Under the pieces are notes generated by a model. The model was given only the letters and a program-made list of their open reading frames with translations, made no database searches and was not told the DNA's origin. A DNA stretch of 63,467 nucleotides, the filler included, from Bigelowiella natans CCMP2755 (lineage: Eukaryota > Protista > Cercozoa), in assembly GCA_000320545.1 (NCBI GenBank). It is 4 parts of 4 records of this genome, joined end to end, with 100 filler letters (N's around TTAATTAATTAA, not from the genome) between each part and the next. Parts side by side here need not be neighbours in the genome. Positions count along the whole stretch, not along the records: positions 23,148 to 54,081 come from ADNK01000900.1; positions 54,182 to 60,465 come from ADNK01003616.1; positions 60,566 to 63,467 come from ADNK01002551.1; 1 more part is not named here. The stretch is one strand, 5' to 3'. The translations under genes were made by a program, and so were the position numbers. Positions 50,166 to 63,467 of the stretch are shown one piece after another (the stretch's first letter is position 1; each line of letters begins with the position of its first letter).

Positions 50166-51021
50166 ATGGCTGCTGCCAGATGTTGTATCAGCATACAACT
50201 CATCATATTCTGCCTGTGTTTGCTTCATGGCAGAAACTCTGTATTCGTACTTCGCAAATTATCATCATCGTCATCAGCATCAGCATTATCATTCTCGTCA
50301 TCATCACTATCACTTGATGGACACGGAGACAACAAATGCGAAAGAAATAAGGGCCATCATCAGGAAAACAGAAGACTCGTTTTGAAGGAAGGGGATGTGG
50401 TTCTGCACTGTCATCGTCACAGAAAGACCATTATCGGCAAAGTGGGAGGCGGAGATAGCAATGATCCTTATACGGTGAGGCATGATTAGAAGATTAAGTA
50501 TTGAGTACAGGAGAACCATTGGTAGTCAGTCGTACAGCATATCTGATACTATTCCACTCTCTGTTCCTTATTTTAAGGATATTAATTATCACATTTGTTC
50601 TTACTCGTTCCACCCCTCACTAGTAAATCAAACAACTCTTTCTCTAATTGGTGCCATAATTGGTGTCATAATTTGCAGTAGCACTTATCATCTACTCGTA
50701 GTGATTCATCATTCTGCTTGTCCATCATGTGTTGTCAGCAATTTCTTGGTGAACATCAGCTCCCTGAGACTGTGGAACTCGAAATCAAACACAACTTTGA
50801 AGCTTACAAGCAGCTTCTTAACGTACTACTTATTTCCACGAAATTGCTCCAGCTCTCTCTCTTCCTCCCTCCCTCTCCTTCTCCTATGAGCGAATGTGAC
50901 AGAAACCATAACTATTACTACTACTCGTCGTCGGTAATCATCAGGCATGTGAAAAGGCAGCACATGGCAATATGGATCCTATTCAAGCACTATGGAAGCA
51001 ACAACAACAACAACAACAGCG

Positions 51022-51061
<40 letters not shown>

Positions 51062-51742
51062 TAATAGTAGTTGTAAATCGTTATTAAACATGATTAATAT
51101 GTCATGATGACAATTATTATGATAACTAATAATAATAGTGGCACATGGTGGTGGTGGTGGTGGTGGTGGTGCTCGCTACTATTGACTGGCCGACTGATAG
51201 CAGAGTACTGCTCTCAATTGTTGACGCTTACTATGACAATTGTCAGAGATGGAAGAAGAAGGAGGAGGAGGAGGAGGAGGAGAAGACAATGGGTCTCTCT
51301 ATTCAGCCTTGTATGTGTACAATCACTTGATGGCTGCTTGTGTTGGGGCGTCTAAGTGGCACCGAGCAATTGCCTTCTATCAAGGTGGTATATTCATCAA
51401 TTTCTGCTGCATTCTATTCTTGCTCTTGTGATTTCTTTTTGTACTTGTCATCATTATCATCATGATCATCATTATCATTATTATTATTAGATATGGTGGA
51501 AAATGAAGTGATTCCCGACGACATCACGATCACAGCCCTCATTCAGGCCCATGCTATGCTAAGAAATAAGCCAGAAGTAGTAGTAAATATGTAAGGAAGT
51601 AGTGAATTGGAGGATACTGCACACACTTTTAAAGAAAGAAAGAGTTGTAGTCTTAGCGTCTATATGGTGTGTGCGTGCATGCGTGTGTGCACCAACATGA
51701 ATATACTGTCAAAATTACTAATTGATATAAACTTATCGCCAA

Positions 51743-51774
<32 letters not shown>

Positions 51775-54081
51775 TCCTGTTGAAACATACATTAATTAGA
51801 TGGGTGAGTTGTTGGTGAACATGACACGGAAAGGATGGTATGTGCCCTCCCATATTTTACCCCAAACCGTGCACGCCGCGTGTGTTGTTGTTGACTCGGG
51901 AAAAACAACCTCTCAGGTAGAAATGAAAGGAAAATAAATCATAATTCATAATTAAGAAGAAGAAGAAGGAGAAGAAGAAGAGGGAGGAGGAGGGAGGGGC
52001 GGAGGGGGATATGCTGTGAGCTATTCTATTCATTTTTGAAAATGACGATGTTTCAGTATAATGAATAACTTTTATTTCTCGTTTTATAGAATTAGTGCTG
52101 CAATGGTATTCTTACTACTACTCCTTTGATGTACTGATGTTGTTGACTGCTGTATTAGCTAAAGGAGGCTATTCGAAACTGGAAATCCAATTCATCTACA
52201 GATGCATCATATCGGAGTAGGAGTAGTAGTAGTAGTAGTAACAATGATGATAGTGATGATGATGATGATGACGATAACCATATTTGAGGAGAATAAGTAG
52301 TCTGACTAACTTTGTTATTTTTCTGATGATGGTGATGACGACGATAACGATGTTAATGTTGATGATGCTGCTGCTGCTGCTGCTGCTAGAGGAACTGGTC
52401 AAACTACTCGCAAAGGTTATAGTTATAGTAAGGTAGTAAAGTCGTAGCCGTAGTGCCTGTGGAAAGATAACAATAAGGGAGGGAGGGCCAAGATGATGAG
52501 GAAGATCGAATTGGTTGGTTATGTGTATGCTTGATGATGCTAATGAGCGAGATGATGCTGCTAAACGGCTGAGTAATAATAATAATAATAATAATAGTAT
52601 TAATAATAATAATAATGTGAAGGGAGGGGTTCAATACTGATCAGATGACCAGTTTGCCTTCTATGCAATAGTAGTTATCATTGTAGTTGCAGTGCTTTGT
52701 AAGAGTTATGATGAATTAATAAATTAATGGCAGCATTGTAATCGTCATCATCATTTCCTCTTTCTTCCACCTCTTAGGAAACGAACAATTCGGTTGTAGT
52801 TAGTGAAGAAGAAGAAGAGCAATTCATATCTACTGGTGAAGTAATAGTAATGATAGAGTATGCGGATGATGATGATAAGGAGGAGGAAGAGGAAGAAGAG
52901 GAGGAGGATTCTATGAATTTGTTTTAACATCTTGTAACCATCAGTTCTTCTTCTTCTTCTTCAAATCAGTAATAATGATAATGATAATGATGATAATGAT
53001 AACCCGTTTGTTTGTATCAGACGACGACGACAGTGTAGGAGGCAGCAGCAACCATGATACGGATAATGGTGTCCCTTTTGCAGAGAGATTGACAAAAGAG
53101 GAGGTAATAATAATAAGAGCTATATCTTGTAATTCCGCCTTATCGCTACTACATTTATGATGATGATAATGATGGCGATGAGGAGGAGGAGGAGGAGGAG
53201 GATGAGAGCAAGTGTGTGAGAAAAATAAGAATAATGATCTAGATGATGAATAATGGTAAACAGATGGAAATGGCGGAAAAGCAAAAGGGCTTATTTGATC
53301 GGATGAACATCCAAATACACGACAACAACAACGACAATGAGGTAGTTATAGAGATGGGAGAATGGTGGAGAATGATGCAGATACGAATCATGATTATCAG
53401 AAACTACTCTTTCATGAGGTGCTGCTGTAGCAGGATTGATCAACGACTGTATTGTGAGAAGGAGAGAGGAAGTAGAAACATTAGGACGATGATAATCTTA
53501 ACAACACACATACTACTACTACTTCTTCTTCTACTACTACTACTACTACTACTACTTTTACTACTCTAGGTTAAGGAGGAGAAGAGCCACGACAGCAGCA
53601 ACAACAACAACAACAACAACAAGGTAGTGGTAAGTAACTACTACTCCTTCAAGTATTGCAATGAGATATATACATTATATATACTACAACTCATATCCTA
53701 GTCATTGTTGTGAAGAGGTAATTAGGAGCTTCCGAAAATCATCATCTTCTCATTGTCTTCTTCGTCTTCGTCGTCATCATCATCATCATCATCATCCTCA
53801 TCATCGTCATGAATATCATAATCATCTTCTTCTTCTTTTCTTTCAGCAATCTGCAGTAGAAGATAACCCTAATCCGGAAATCTTCCAGTCTTTTAGGTAG
53901 ATTCCCTATTATCATCATCATCATAATCATCATAATCATCATTCATCATCACTATCATAATCCAACCATTAGATACAAGTACAAGGAGGCCCAAAGGCGT
54001 ATGACAAAGAACGGGAGACAGCATCAAAACGTAATTACTATAAAACAAAGCTTGTGTGTGTGTGTGTGTGTGTGTGTGTGC
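50166..54081 (+). CDS. Pentatricopeptide-repeat (PPR) protein with signal plus Ser-rich transit-like leader, truncated by the contig end
   Basis: Leader MAAARCCISIQLIIFCLCLL. Exons ~51307-51590 give YVYNHLMAACVGASKWHRAIAFYQDMVENEVIPDDITITALIQAHA, matching the PPR consensus. Confidence 0.7.
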
Positions 54082-54181
54082 NNNNNNNNNNNNNNNNNNN
54101 NNNNNNNNNNNNNNNNNNNNNNNNNTTAATTAATTAANNNNNNNNNNNNNNNNNNNNNNNNNNNNNNNNNNNNNNNNNNNN
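54082..54181. other. Artificial contig-join linker
   Basis: N-TTAATTAATTAA-N, 100 bp. Confidence 0.97.
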
Positions 54182-54495
54182 TATGATGATGATGATGATG
54201 ATGATGAGAAACGTGTAAATAGTAGCAGCTCAAAATACTACAGGCACCATGATCATCAGCAATAAATAATAAATAATAATAGCAGCAGCAGCTATCAATC
54301 AACAACATAAAAACTGCTGCTAGCAAATGAGGCAAGCAACACAGCACTGATGTGAGCGTGAGAAGAATATAGCTAGTACTACTACAACTACTAGGTGAAC
54401 GAAGAAAGTGGCATAGAAAACAATACCACTACTATACTACTACTACTACTACTACTACTAGGTCAACGAAGAAAGTGGCGTAGAAAATAATCCAG

Positions 54496-54528
<33 letters not shown>

Positions 54529-54730
54529 ATCGTCGCCTTTTCGTCGTGAGAGTGTGTGATAATATCATCCAGTAGTGATGGTAGTAGTAATCGTCGGCAC
54601 TTCGTCGTGAGAGCGTGTGATATTATCGTGTTTTATAGAAAAAGGGGTAGTAGTAGTAGTAGTAGCTTTCTTTTAACTCAAACGATGTAGCAGTATTATT
54701 AATTTACAACACATAATATATACTATAACC

Positions 54731-54764
<34 letters not shown>

Positions 54765-54798
54765 GAATACAAATACGAGTATACGAATGATCAATGTG

Positions 54799-54834
<36 letters not shown>

Positions 54835-54906
54835 ACAGATTTAGATAGATGCTGGAGTGAACCAGAAATGTTTTTTGAGGTACGTTAGTACGTAATAGCT
54901 ACACAA

Positions 54907-54937
<31 letters not shown>

Positions 54938-55465
54938 GCTGCTGCTAGAGTGAACCAAAAATGTTGTTCTTTGAGACAGCAGTACTATATACGTAATAAT
55001 TGTCGATGAATTTGATCTCAAGAGGATGGATGATGATGATGATAATATTGTGACGTGCTCTATTAATAACCCCTTTCTCTATCATATGATCATAATGATG
55101 ATGATGATGATGATGATGATATGGGTAATTACCAAATCATGATCCCCCCTCCCTCCCTCTCTCCACGATGAATAATCATCCATAATAGGAAGCAGATGGA
55201 GAGCTTTGGGTAGTTGAAGAATCTCCCGGGGGGGATATTATTGCAGTGGTAATTATCATCATGATCTTCTTCATCATCATCATTATCACCACCATCTTAT
55301 CATCATACCCACATAAAATATCACTACTCAATGATGCTACTACATTGTTGGATATATTTGCCTTATTATTAACGTAAATCATAAAAATTCAAAGATGATG
55401 ATGATCCTACAATCTTCACCCTGTTTCCTAGTCGTATGCTACAGTATCACTGTGTTTGTGTTTGT

Positions 55466-55499
<34 letters not shown>

Positions 55500-55803
55500 C
55501 ATTAACCTCATCATCAAGGTGACTGTTGCACGTCATTTCTTTTTCTCCATTCGTTGTATTATTTCTTGTATCGCTGCGACGAGTTCTTCTTGCGTTATCA
55601 TCATCACCATCATCATCATAACCTTCATTATCATCGGTTTTTCTAGATGTTGTTGTTGAAATTCCACAATTATTGTGTTTTTCTCTGTTTCTTCTTCTTC
55701 TTGATATCCTTCTTCTTCTATTCGATGGTGTCGCTAATATCTCATAATTTGGTTTGTTGTTCATTATATATATATATATATGTGCATATTTTGATTCATG
55801 TTA

Positions 55804-58749
55804 GTGTGGATGGGTTCCAGCGTATTTGTATAGAGGTGTTGGCTCCGTTGACATTCACGAGGTACTAGTACTATTACTAGTACTAGTAGTACTAGTAGTA
55901 GTAATAGTAGTAGTAGTAGTAGCTTTGTGGTTTGATTGTTGCAATCATCATCATCACCAGTATCATTATATATTTTTAATCAAATAATCTGAAACAAGGT
56001 TTTCGTGCATCCGGACTATCAATGGAAAGAAGGGGGGGGAGACAATAACCATGACCAAGAAGTATTTTTTTTTGTTAATATTAGCTTGTCATATTATTTG
56101 TAAGAGTTTCTCGATAACCCTAATGCAAACGACGAATGTGTTTTCGCTAATGATAATGTTTTGATGATAATAGAAGGAGGCTGCGTATCTCGAGCACCAA
56201 CTGCTACAATTCATTGAAAGTCGTTGTTTTGAACAGGTATAAAAACATTATTAATAATATTCATCACATTCATCTCCTAACATAATCATCATTATCGTTG
56301 CTACTACATGTTGATATTACTCATTTAATTGATGATATTATTATCACAAATACTACTACACAGGATTACCAGTCATTATATCTTCAGACCAGTAGTTTAC
56401 GTGGGGCAAAGTGGATGGATTTATTGGTAGTGTTTATTTATAATTTGCTTCCTATTTGGAAGAGGAATGAGAAAAAATGAAGAAGAAGAATGCGCCCAAC
56501 ATTCTTTCAATAATCAATCAAAAATATTATGAAACAAAAGAAATCCTTGTAAGTAAGATCACATGCTTTCATCGTTTTGCCATGGAATATAGTAATAATT
56601 ACCATCATCATCATCATCATCATCATCATTATTACTATTATTGTACTTGTTATTATTACATCAGTGGACACTGGATTATCGACAACTACCGGAGCAACCA
56701 AGGAACGAGAATGGTTGCTTGCTACGAAGAAGAAGAAGAAGAAGAAGAAAGACGATGACACCGACAACGACGATATGAGATTGATTTTTTTGGAAGCAGC
56801 ATACAACAACAACAATAACAATATCGATGAACTACTACTTACTCTTTTGAAGGAAGTCGACCTCCTCCTTCTCCTCCTGAATACTCATATAGCACACCTA
56901 CATAACATATCATGCATGTAAATGATGTACCAATATTATGCATCGTATCACTATTGTATTACCTTAATTGTTGTGTGCATGTATATTATACACACTACTA
57001 CTACTGGTATATCAAACATGCACAGGTTACTACTATGATCCCGATGTTCACAACGGTAGTGAGAAGTAACAAATTTAGAGATTTTCCTTATTGTATAGTA
57101 TGGAATCAATGATGACGATGATGATGATGATCGTGGTAAGGGAGAGAGGTGGAGTGGAAATGTTATTACTTCTCATCATCATCCTAATCATAATCAAAAT
57201 CAAAATCATGACTACTGACATGTTCCTACTTACTACTTCCTATTATTTACTTACTATAGGAGCTCCTTATCCTAACACAATGATATATACCGAGCCACGT
57301 GCAGATCTTTTCTTAAGGAAGAATGTCCCTTTTCTGGTTCGTAGTAATATTAAATATATGTGGTAAGAATGTCCCTTTTCTGGTTCGTAGTAATATTAAA
57401 TATATGTGGTAAGAATGTCTCTTTTCTGGTTCGTAGTAATATTAAATATATGTGTGTATGTCCCTTTTCTGGTTCGTAGTAATATTAAATATATGTGTGT
57501 ATATACCATCACCATTAATTGTTACTATCATCTTTGGCGTCGATAGTGACAATCTTTTTTCATCAAGTTGTCACCATCGATTCTATATGTTTCAATTTTT
57601 TTGTTATAATTCATTATATTCTAGATGGATTTAGATTTGCTAGACAGCATTCAAAACAATGAGGATTTCCAGGATCGATTTGAAGCTCAATACGCTAAGG
57701 TAAGATGATGAATGATGGTGATGTTGTTTACGTTTACTGTACTATTTTCTAATTTATTCCTCAAATTATCAATTCTAAGACTTCGTCGTCGTCATCGTCG
57801 CCATCTATTTTTTACAAATGAGTCTATAGAAGAAGAAGAAGAAGAAGAAGAAGAAGAAGAAGGAATGCGTGCATTCATTCAATCCCAACATCAACGATTA
57901 CTACGCACAGCAGTACTAGTCTTAGTAGCTCCATGTATACAACTATATATAAAAATATTATATATATATACATATGACTGCAACTATTCGTTGTTTGCTT
58001 CTTTTGTGGAAAAAAAAAAAGAAGAAGAACAAAGAGTGTACATAGTAGCAAACAAAAACTGCAGGCAGCAGCTTGAAATTGAAAGTCAGGAGATGATGCC
58101 AAACCACCCTTTTGCTCTTTCTCTTCTCTGTTGTGCTACCTCTTCTTATTAATTATCAGGAAGGAGAGGTGTGGGAGGCAGTTGACAATTATGGTAATTT
58201 AATACCAATAAAAAACGGTCGTCGATTTATTCTATTATTATTATTATTATCATGGAAGAATGTTATCCTACGACGCTATCTCCATGGTGATACTACCACA
58301 TCGTTGGACGTCAGGAGAGTGATGAGAGAAATTATACATATTACTACTACTTTTAGTGTATTGGTCTCATAGTATTCTTTCCCCTCTCCATCATCATCAT
58401 CATCTTCTTCATTAAAGTAGTATCGCTTAACAACATGCATAACATTAATTCTCTCTCAAATAATACCGTTGTTTTTCCTTTAAAGGTCATCGGATTATGG
58501 GGGTCCCAAACGAATGGGCAATGTTGAATAGGTGGATGGTGAGGGGCGTTGGAATTATTTTGCTTAACTACGAGCAAGATAAGGTATGTAGTAGTAGTAG
58601 TAGTGCGAGTAATGACCACCATCTCTTTTTTATGATAATGATGATCATCATTATTAAGATTATGGTCACGAAGATTGATTGTGCAACACTCACTCAGGTT
58701 TTTGTACACAAACGTTCACAATCCAAGAAAAATTTTCCGGGTAGAGATG

Positions 58750-58790
<41 letters not shown>

Positions 58791-59820
58791 TATATATATT
58801 AATTAAATAACAAGGAAAAGTCTATGCTTGTGTGTCTGTGCGTATTTGAGTGTGCTTGCGTTGATGAATATAATGAATGTTGTTTGGCAGGTATGTATGA
58901 TATGTTCATTGGCGGACATTCCAACGACAAAGAGCATGATCTCGAAACAGTGAGTAAAACTAGATAGCAAGTAAATTAAAAAATTGGTGGAAGAATTAGG
59001 CAACACGTACAACAACAGTTTATAATCTTATGCTCTCTACCCTTTTTAATTCTATTATTTTCAATGCCGTTTTAATGTATCTTTCCCACTTAATTTGGCA
59101 GGATCATGAGGAGAAGGGCGGGGAATATATTTAATAGCACATCTCCGTCCTCGTCTCTTTTCTCTCTCTTCTCTTATCCTTTTTTTAATTTGAATTGAAA
59201 AACGATAATTTCCATTGCAATAAACTTCCTCCCGACAGATATACAGAGAGCTCAACGAAGAAATCGGTTTGGACGAGCCGTTACATCTTTGTGATGCAGA
59301 GTACCAATGCGTCGTAAAGACGTCAACAAACAATGTATTCGTCGGATTATACCGTGCTGTCGCCCCACCTAACTTTGAACCGGAATTCAGGGTTTGACGT
59401 AGAAAATGATGAGATACAATGACAATCATGATGATGGTGACGATTGTGTTGTTGAATGGTAATGTGAAGTTGTTTTTAATCCACAAGGAGCGGTGCGCAT
59501 CATGAACCTTACATTATTGGGTTAGGACGGAGAGATTGCTTGGGGAGATTGGATGAGTCGAGACGAAATCGAAGCAAAGTTGGAAAGCCAAGAGTGGGAT
59601 TGGGTTCCTGATGGTTTGCAGGTCAGATTTTAACGATTTGCAATTCAAACATGCTACTTGTCATTGAGAGAAAAAGGCAACTAGAATGCAACACGTTTGT
59701 GAACAAATGCTGAAATTCATGGACATTGTGTTCTTCAACTTCGAACATTTTGTTGCATGATTGCAGGTGTGGGACGCGATGAAAGAGCATGAAAGATTTG
59801 AACGGAGAGCCATGTTTTGA
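55804..59820 (+). CDS. Nudix hydrolase (IDI-1/YfcD-like) with an unidentified N-terminal region; 5-prime end not resolved
   Basis: Spliced exons give RGVGIILLN, VFVHKRSQSKKNFPGMYDMFIGG and a complete Nudix box G-HSNDK-E-HDLETIY-RELNEEIGL. These are followed by DGEIAWGDW...VPDGLQVW and TGA at 59818-59820. Confidence 0.88.
57319..57496. repeat. ~46-bp tandem repeat, about four copies, overlapping an exon end and splice donor
   Basis: aagaatgtcccttttctggttcgtagtaatattaaatatatgtggt is repeated. Confidence 0.85.
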
Positions 59821-60309
59821 TGCTGTCGAGGTCGAGCCAACACAAGAACTAGAGAACGTTGACATGGAAACAATGCCAGCAGAACACAATGAGTTGCTGC
59901 ACTCCCTCATTTTGCAACTTCAACATTCAGCACATCCAATGCCAATGGAATTCGTTTCGTGTGGTCCGTGTGATGCATTGCGCGACACGTGCAGCTGGTA
60001 GCCGCGATTCGTTCATTCGTTTCAGCTTGGAGCACCTGCTGCGTTCTTTTCAGTGTGGCGTCGCGCAGCACAAAAAATGCCACCGCCATGGTGCAACAAA
60101 TTGCACTCTGTCATTTTGCATTTTCAAAGTTCTGACTGCCCACCTGCAGCAATGCACACAATGTCGATTTCAAATCGCAACCAATCAGCGAGGACATCGT
60201 CCAATTCCAGCTTGTTTCCAATGATCACAAAACGTGCTGAATTGAAAAAACCTTTCAATGCAATTTCACGTGCAGCACAATGAACCATGCAATACTCAGA
60301 TCAACTCTC

Positions 60310-60465
60310 AGGGTTAGGGTTAGGGTTAGGGTTAGGGTTAGGGTTAGGGTTAGGGTTAGGGTTAGGGTTAGGGTAGGTAGGTAGGTAGGTAGGTAGGTAG
60401 GTAAGGGTTAGGGTTAGGGTTAGGGTTAGGGTTAGGTAGGTAGGTAGGTAGGTAGGTAGGTAGGT
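60310..60465 (+). repeat. Telomeric repeat (TTAGGG)n interleaved with (TAGG)n blocks at the contig end
   Basis: About ten TTAGGG, then a TAGG run, more TTAGGG, then another TAGG run. The G-rich strand points toward the contig end, as expected for a chromosome end. Confidence 0.88.
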
Positions 60466-60565
60466 NNNNNNNNNNNNNNNNNNNNNNNNNNNNNNNNNNN
60501 NNNNNNNNNTTAATTAATTAANNNNNNNNNNNNNNNNNNNNNNNNNNNNNNNNNNNNNNNNNNNN
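60466..60565. other. Artificial contig-join linker
   Basis: N-TTAATTAATTAA-N, 100 bp. Confidence 0.97.
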
Positions 60566-60734
60566 CACACACACACACACACACACTCACTCCCCCTCTC
60601 ACCCTCTCTCTCTCTCTCGCGAGCGTCCGCGCACTCTCGCTGAAACACACCTATACACACACACTCCCCCCCCTCCCACCCACTCATATACCCTCACTTT
60701 GTGTTGTTTGTTTATGCAGGTGTTTATTTGAGGA

Positions 60735-60790
<56 letters not shown>

Positions 60791-60847
60791 TCATTCTACT
60801 CCTCAACACCATTCTAACCTCGCATTACGCAAAACAACAATCATTAG

Positions 60848-61823
60848 GAACCTCAGCGTGTAGCCTCGGTCAGTTTTATTGCATCAACAAGGGTTTCGAA
60901 GCGAAGACGGTCCCCTCCTCCAGAGTCAACGACGGGTAGCAGCAGCAGCATTGCTTATTTGTTAAAGCATAATAAGAAGTAAAGACTATTGATTATTTGA
61001 TTAGAGCCTCAAATTTTCAATCCACTCAAATATAGTTCTTCGTCTTAGACGTCCTCTTTCGATTTCCCCCATTCTTACAACCCACCCCTCCCCCTCCCCT
61101 CCCCTCCCCTCCACCCGCTCTCTCAGCATCTGCGATTGCTGTGATGGAAGCGACGAATGGGGAGCATCGGTAGTGCGGTGTGAGGATACGTGCATTGCTG
61201 AGGCAAGGGAGGCATACCAAGAGCAGATTGAACAGCTTGACACCTTCCGACAAGGGCTTCAGGTATGAGTGAAAATGGTGATGACGATTGGTGATGATGG
61301 TGGTGATGGTGAGGAGGAGGAGGAGGAGGAGGAGGAGGAGGAGGGGGATGGTGATGATGTTCGCGGGTCGCATGAATCGGCTCAAGCCTAAAGTTTTGGA
61401 AAAGACGATGGTGATATACCCCAAGAGGAAGGGTGGGGGGAGCGGAAGAATCGATGGGGAGAAGCAAGGAGGGGGTCATGCGTGAGCGAGGGATGAAACC
61501 GCTGCTATCGAGAGGCATTCGTTCGCACGGTGGCACTGCATATGCATAACCCTGTACTATCATCAGGCGAAGGTAGACGCATTGCAAGCAGTAGTCGATG
61601 CTCAATCCACTTCCACTGAGAACGGTGAGGTCGGAACTGCGTCGGTAGACGGGGCGGGAGAGCAAGGCGAAGGCGATGCTGCTAATAACCTCGAGCAAGG
61701 AGAGGGGGAGGAGGAAGCGTCTTTCCCATACCCCAAAGAGTATGCAGCGCCAGACAGCAGCAGCAATAGCGACGATGGCGCTCAGGGGGAGCAAGGAGAA
61801 GGTGATTGGACGTCGTGATAGGC

Positions 61824-61861
<38 letters not shown>

Positions 61862-61977
61862 TGTGTGGGTTTGTGTGTGTGTGTGTGTGTGTGTGTTTGT
61901 GTTTGTGTGTGTAGATGGGGGGGAGAGAGAGAGAGAATGTGTGTGCATGCTCTCCCTCTTTTTCTCGCCCTCTCTCG

Positions 61978-62014
<37 letters not shown>

Positions 62015-62398
62015 TGTTTCCACGAAAACCGGTCAAGTTTGCCTCTTTTTGCGTTCACCCGGTGCAACTACGTTGATTCGGTCAATCTATCTATTTATCT
62101 ATCTATCATCATCATCATCATATGCTGCTGCTGATGCGTGGTGGGGATGGTGTTTTCGCAGAGAAGTTCCCTTATCCGAAAGAGTATGCAGCTCCCCCCA
62201 GCGGCGGTGATGATGGCGAGGCAGGTGATATCCTCTTCCTCTTAAAAGACGCCGAAGATGACGCCACTGCTGCTGCTGCTGCTGATGATGATGATGATCA
62301 TGATCATGCCATAGAAAAGCTCTCTCCATATAACCGTGGGCGCTTATAGGCAGACTGCAGATACAAATACACTTAGAGAGGAGGGAGAGCGGAGAGAG

Positions 62399-62438
<40 letters not shown>

Positions 62439-63467
62439 CTTACTTCCTTCCAACGAATGATAGATAGTAGCAATGCCGTCGCCGAATCTCTGCCACCCCC
62501 ATCATTCTCCCACGAGAAATGTGCAATCAAAAGAATGCAAGATTGCTAGGGAGGGCGACTGACGATGTTGTCGCTGTTGTATCTACTGACCTCATGCAAG
62601 AACCGCGCTGGCTGAACGCCGTCGCCTCTCGTCACTGATCTCACGCGCCAATCCAATAACTTCCTAATTTAGGCGGGGAAGAAGAGAAGTTCCCTTACCC
62701 AAAGGAATACGCTGCCCCCTCCGGTAGCAATGCAATCGGTGCTGTTGTTGTTCTTGTTGTTGTGGTCGTTTTGGTGGAGGTGCGAGTCAGCGTCAAAACG
62801 CCGCGCTTGCGCCTCGTCGATGCTGCTAGATAGCCAGCAGCATATAGAAAAGACGCGACGGTGTTTCTTCTGCCTTCGTCAAAGCTTTCGTGTATGCAAA
62901 GATAGCGCGTCAGACAACCACCATGGTTGCATGTATTGGGGGTGCTTATGATGTTGTTTACTTATCTTCCCCCCCCCTCTCCCCCCGCCGCCTTTCTCCT
63001 TTCAAAGCTGGAGGAGACGAGGGAGGAAGCGCTGCTGCCGTTGAGCTGGCTACAAAGAGTGAGGAGGGGGGAGAAGATGGTAGTGGAGATGGTGCTGATG
63101 GTGAATCCGAGGAGGATACTACTACACCTGAAATGGTAGGTTTTATCGTGAGAGATCTTCTAGTTGTCCTTGCATTGCCTACTAAGCGTACATTGCCGCA
63201 CATCGAGGTTTGATGAGGGGGGGGGGGGACTCTATTGGGATAATCATAATAGCGGCAAAGTGGCCAATACTAATGAGAATGGTATTGAGGATTTCGATGA
63301 TAATGATGCTATGCAGAAAGAACTTGAGGGAGACTAGGCAAAAGCTAAGAGACGCTGAGGCTGAGGTCAGAAGGCACTCTCACATCCTTTGACTCATATA
63401 GTTGGAAGATGCGGATTCTGCCTACCGCTATATGTTATGCGTTGTAGCTGTGAGTTGTAATATGTAC
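60848..63467 (+). CDS. PRKCSH: Glucosidase II beta subunit, internal part (both ends missing)
   Basis: Exons [30 protein letters not shown] (60848-60934) and [11 protein letters not shown]...CEDTC (~61127), followed by coiled-coil and acidic low-complexity exons. Confidence 0.88.

Noticed and set aside
23048-60565. TTAATTAATTAA palindromes within N runs, and the apparently internal telomere
   Set aside because: These are artificial joins, so no gene linkage or chromosome fusion can be inferred across them.

Overview
This is eukaryotic nuclear DNA made of four contigs (1-23047, 23148-54081, 54182-60465, 60566-63467). They are joined by artificial 100-bp N-TTAATTAATTAA-N linkers, so adjacency across a linker is meaningless. 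Intron-rich genes, microsatellite-filled introns, bipartite targeting leaders and a TTAGGG telomere suggest a complex-plastid alga such as a chlorarachniophyte (inference only). Genes reconstructed by eye from exons: an EEP (CCR4/nocturnin/Angel-like) phosphoesterase, a giant polycystin-1-like PT-repeat/REJ/GPS/TM/PDZ receptor, a Zn2Cys6 factor, a secreted papain-fold NNCYNY/WSHKPG protein, a TPM(MOLO1)-RING protein, a PA-TM-RING E3 ligase, Ras, a cytochrome P450, dUTPase, an F-box-like protein, a permuted papain-like protein, a PPR protein, a Nudix hydrolase ending about 490 bp from a telomere, and glucosidase II beta. An intact Ty3/Gypsy LTR retrotransposon (identical 326-bp LTRs, 4-bp TSD) sits in a divergent promoter. 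Two signals stand out. (1) Sharply localised islands have almost completely lost the TpA dinucleotide, with survivors mostly in CTAG/TAG context. They lie beside the telomere, on both flanks of the retrotransposon and in intergenic gaps, and look like a regional A-to-G hypermutation process, the reverse of fungal RIP. (2) The retrotransposon is itself spared, and carries what looks like a degenerate Dam-like N6-adenine methyltransferase domain fused after an atypical D,D(27)E integrase. Exon boundaries and dinucleotide counts are manual and approximate.
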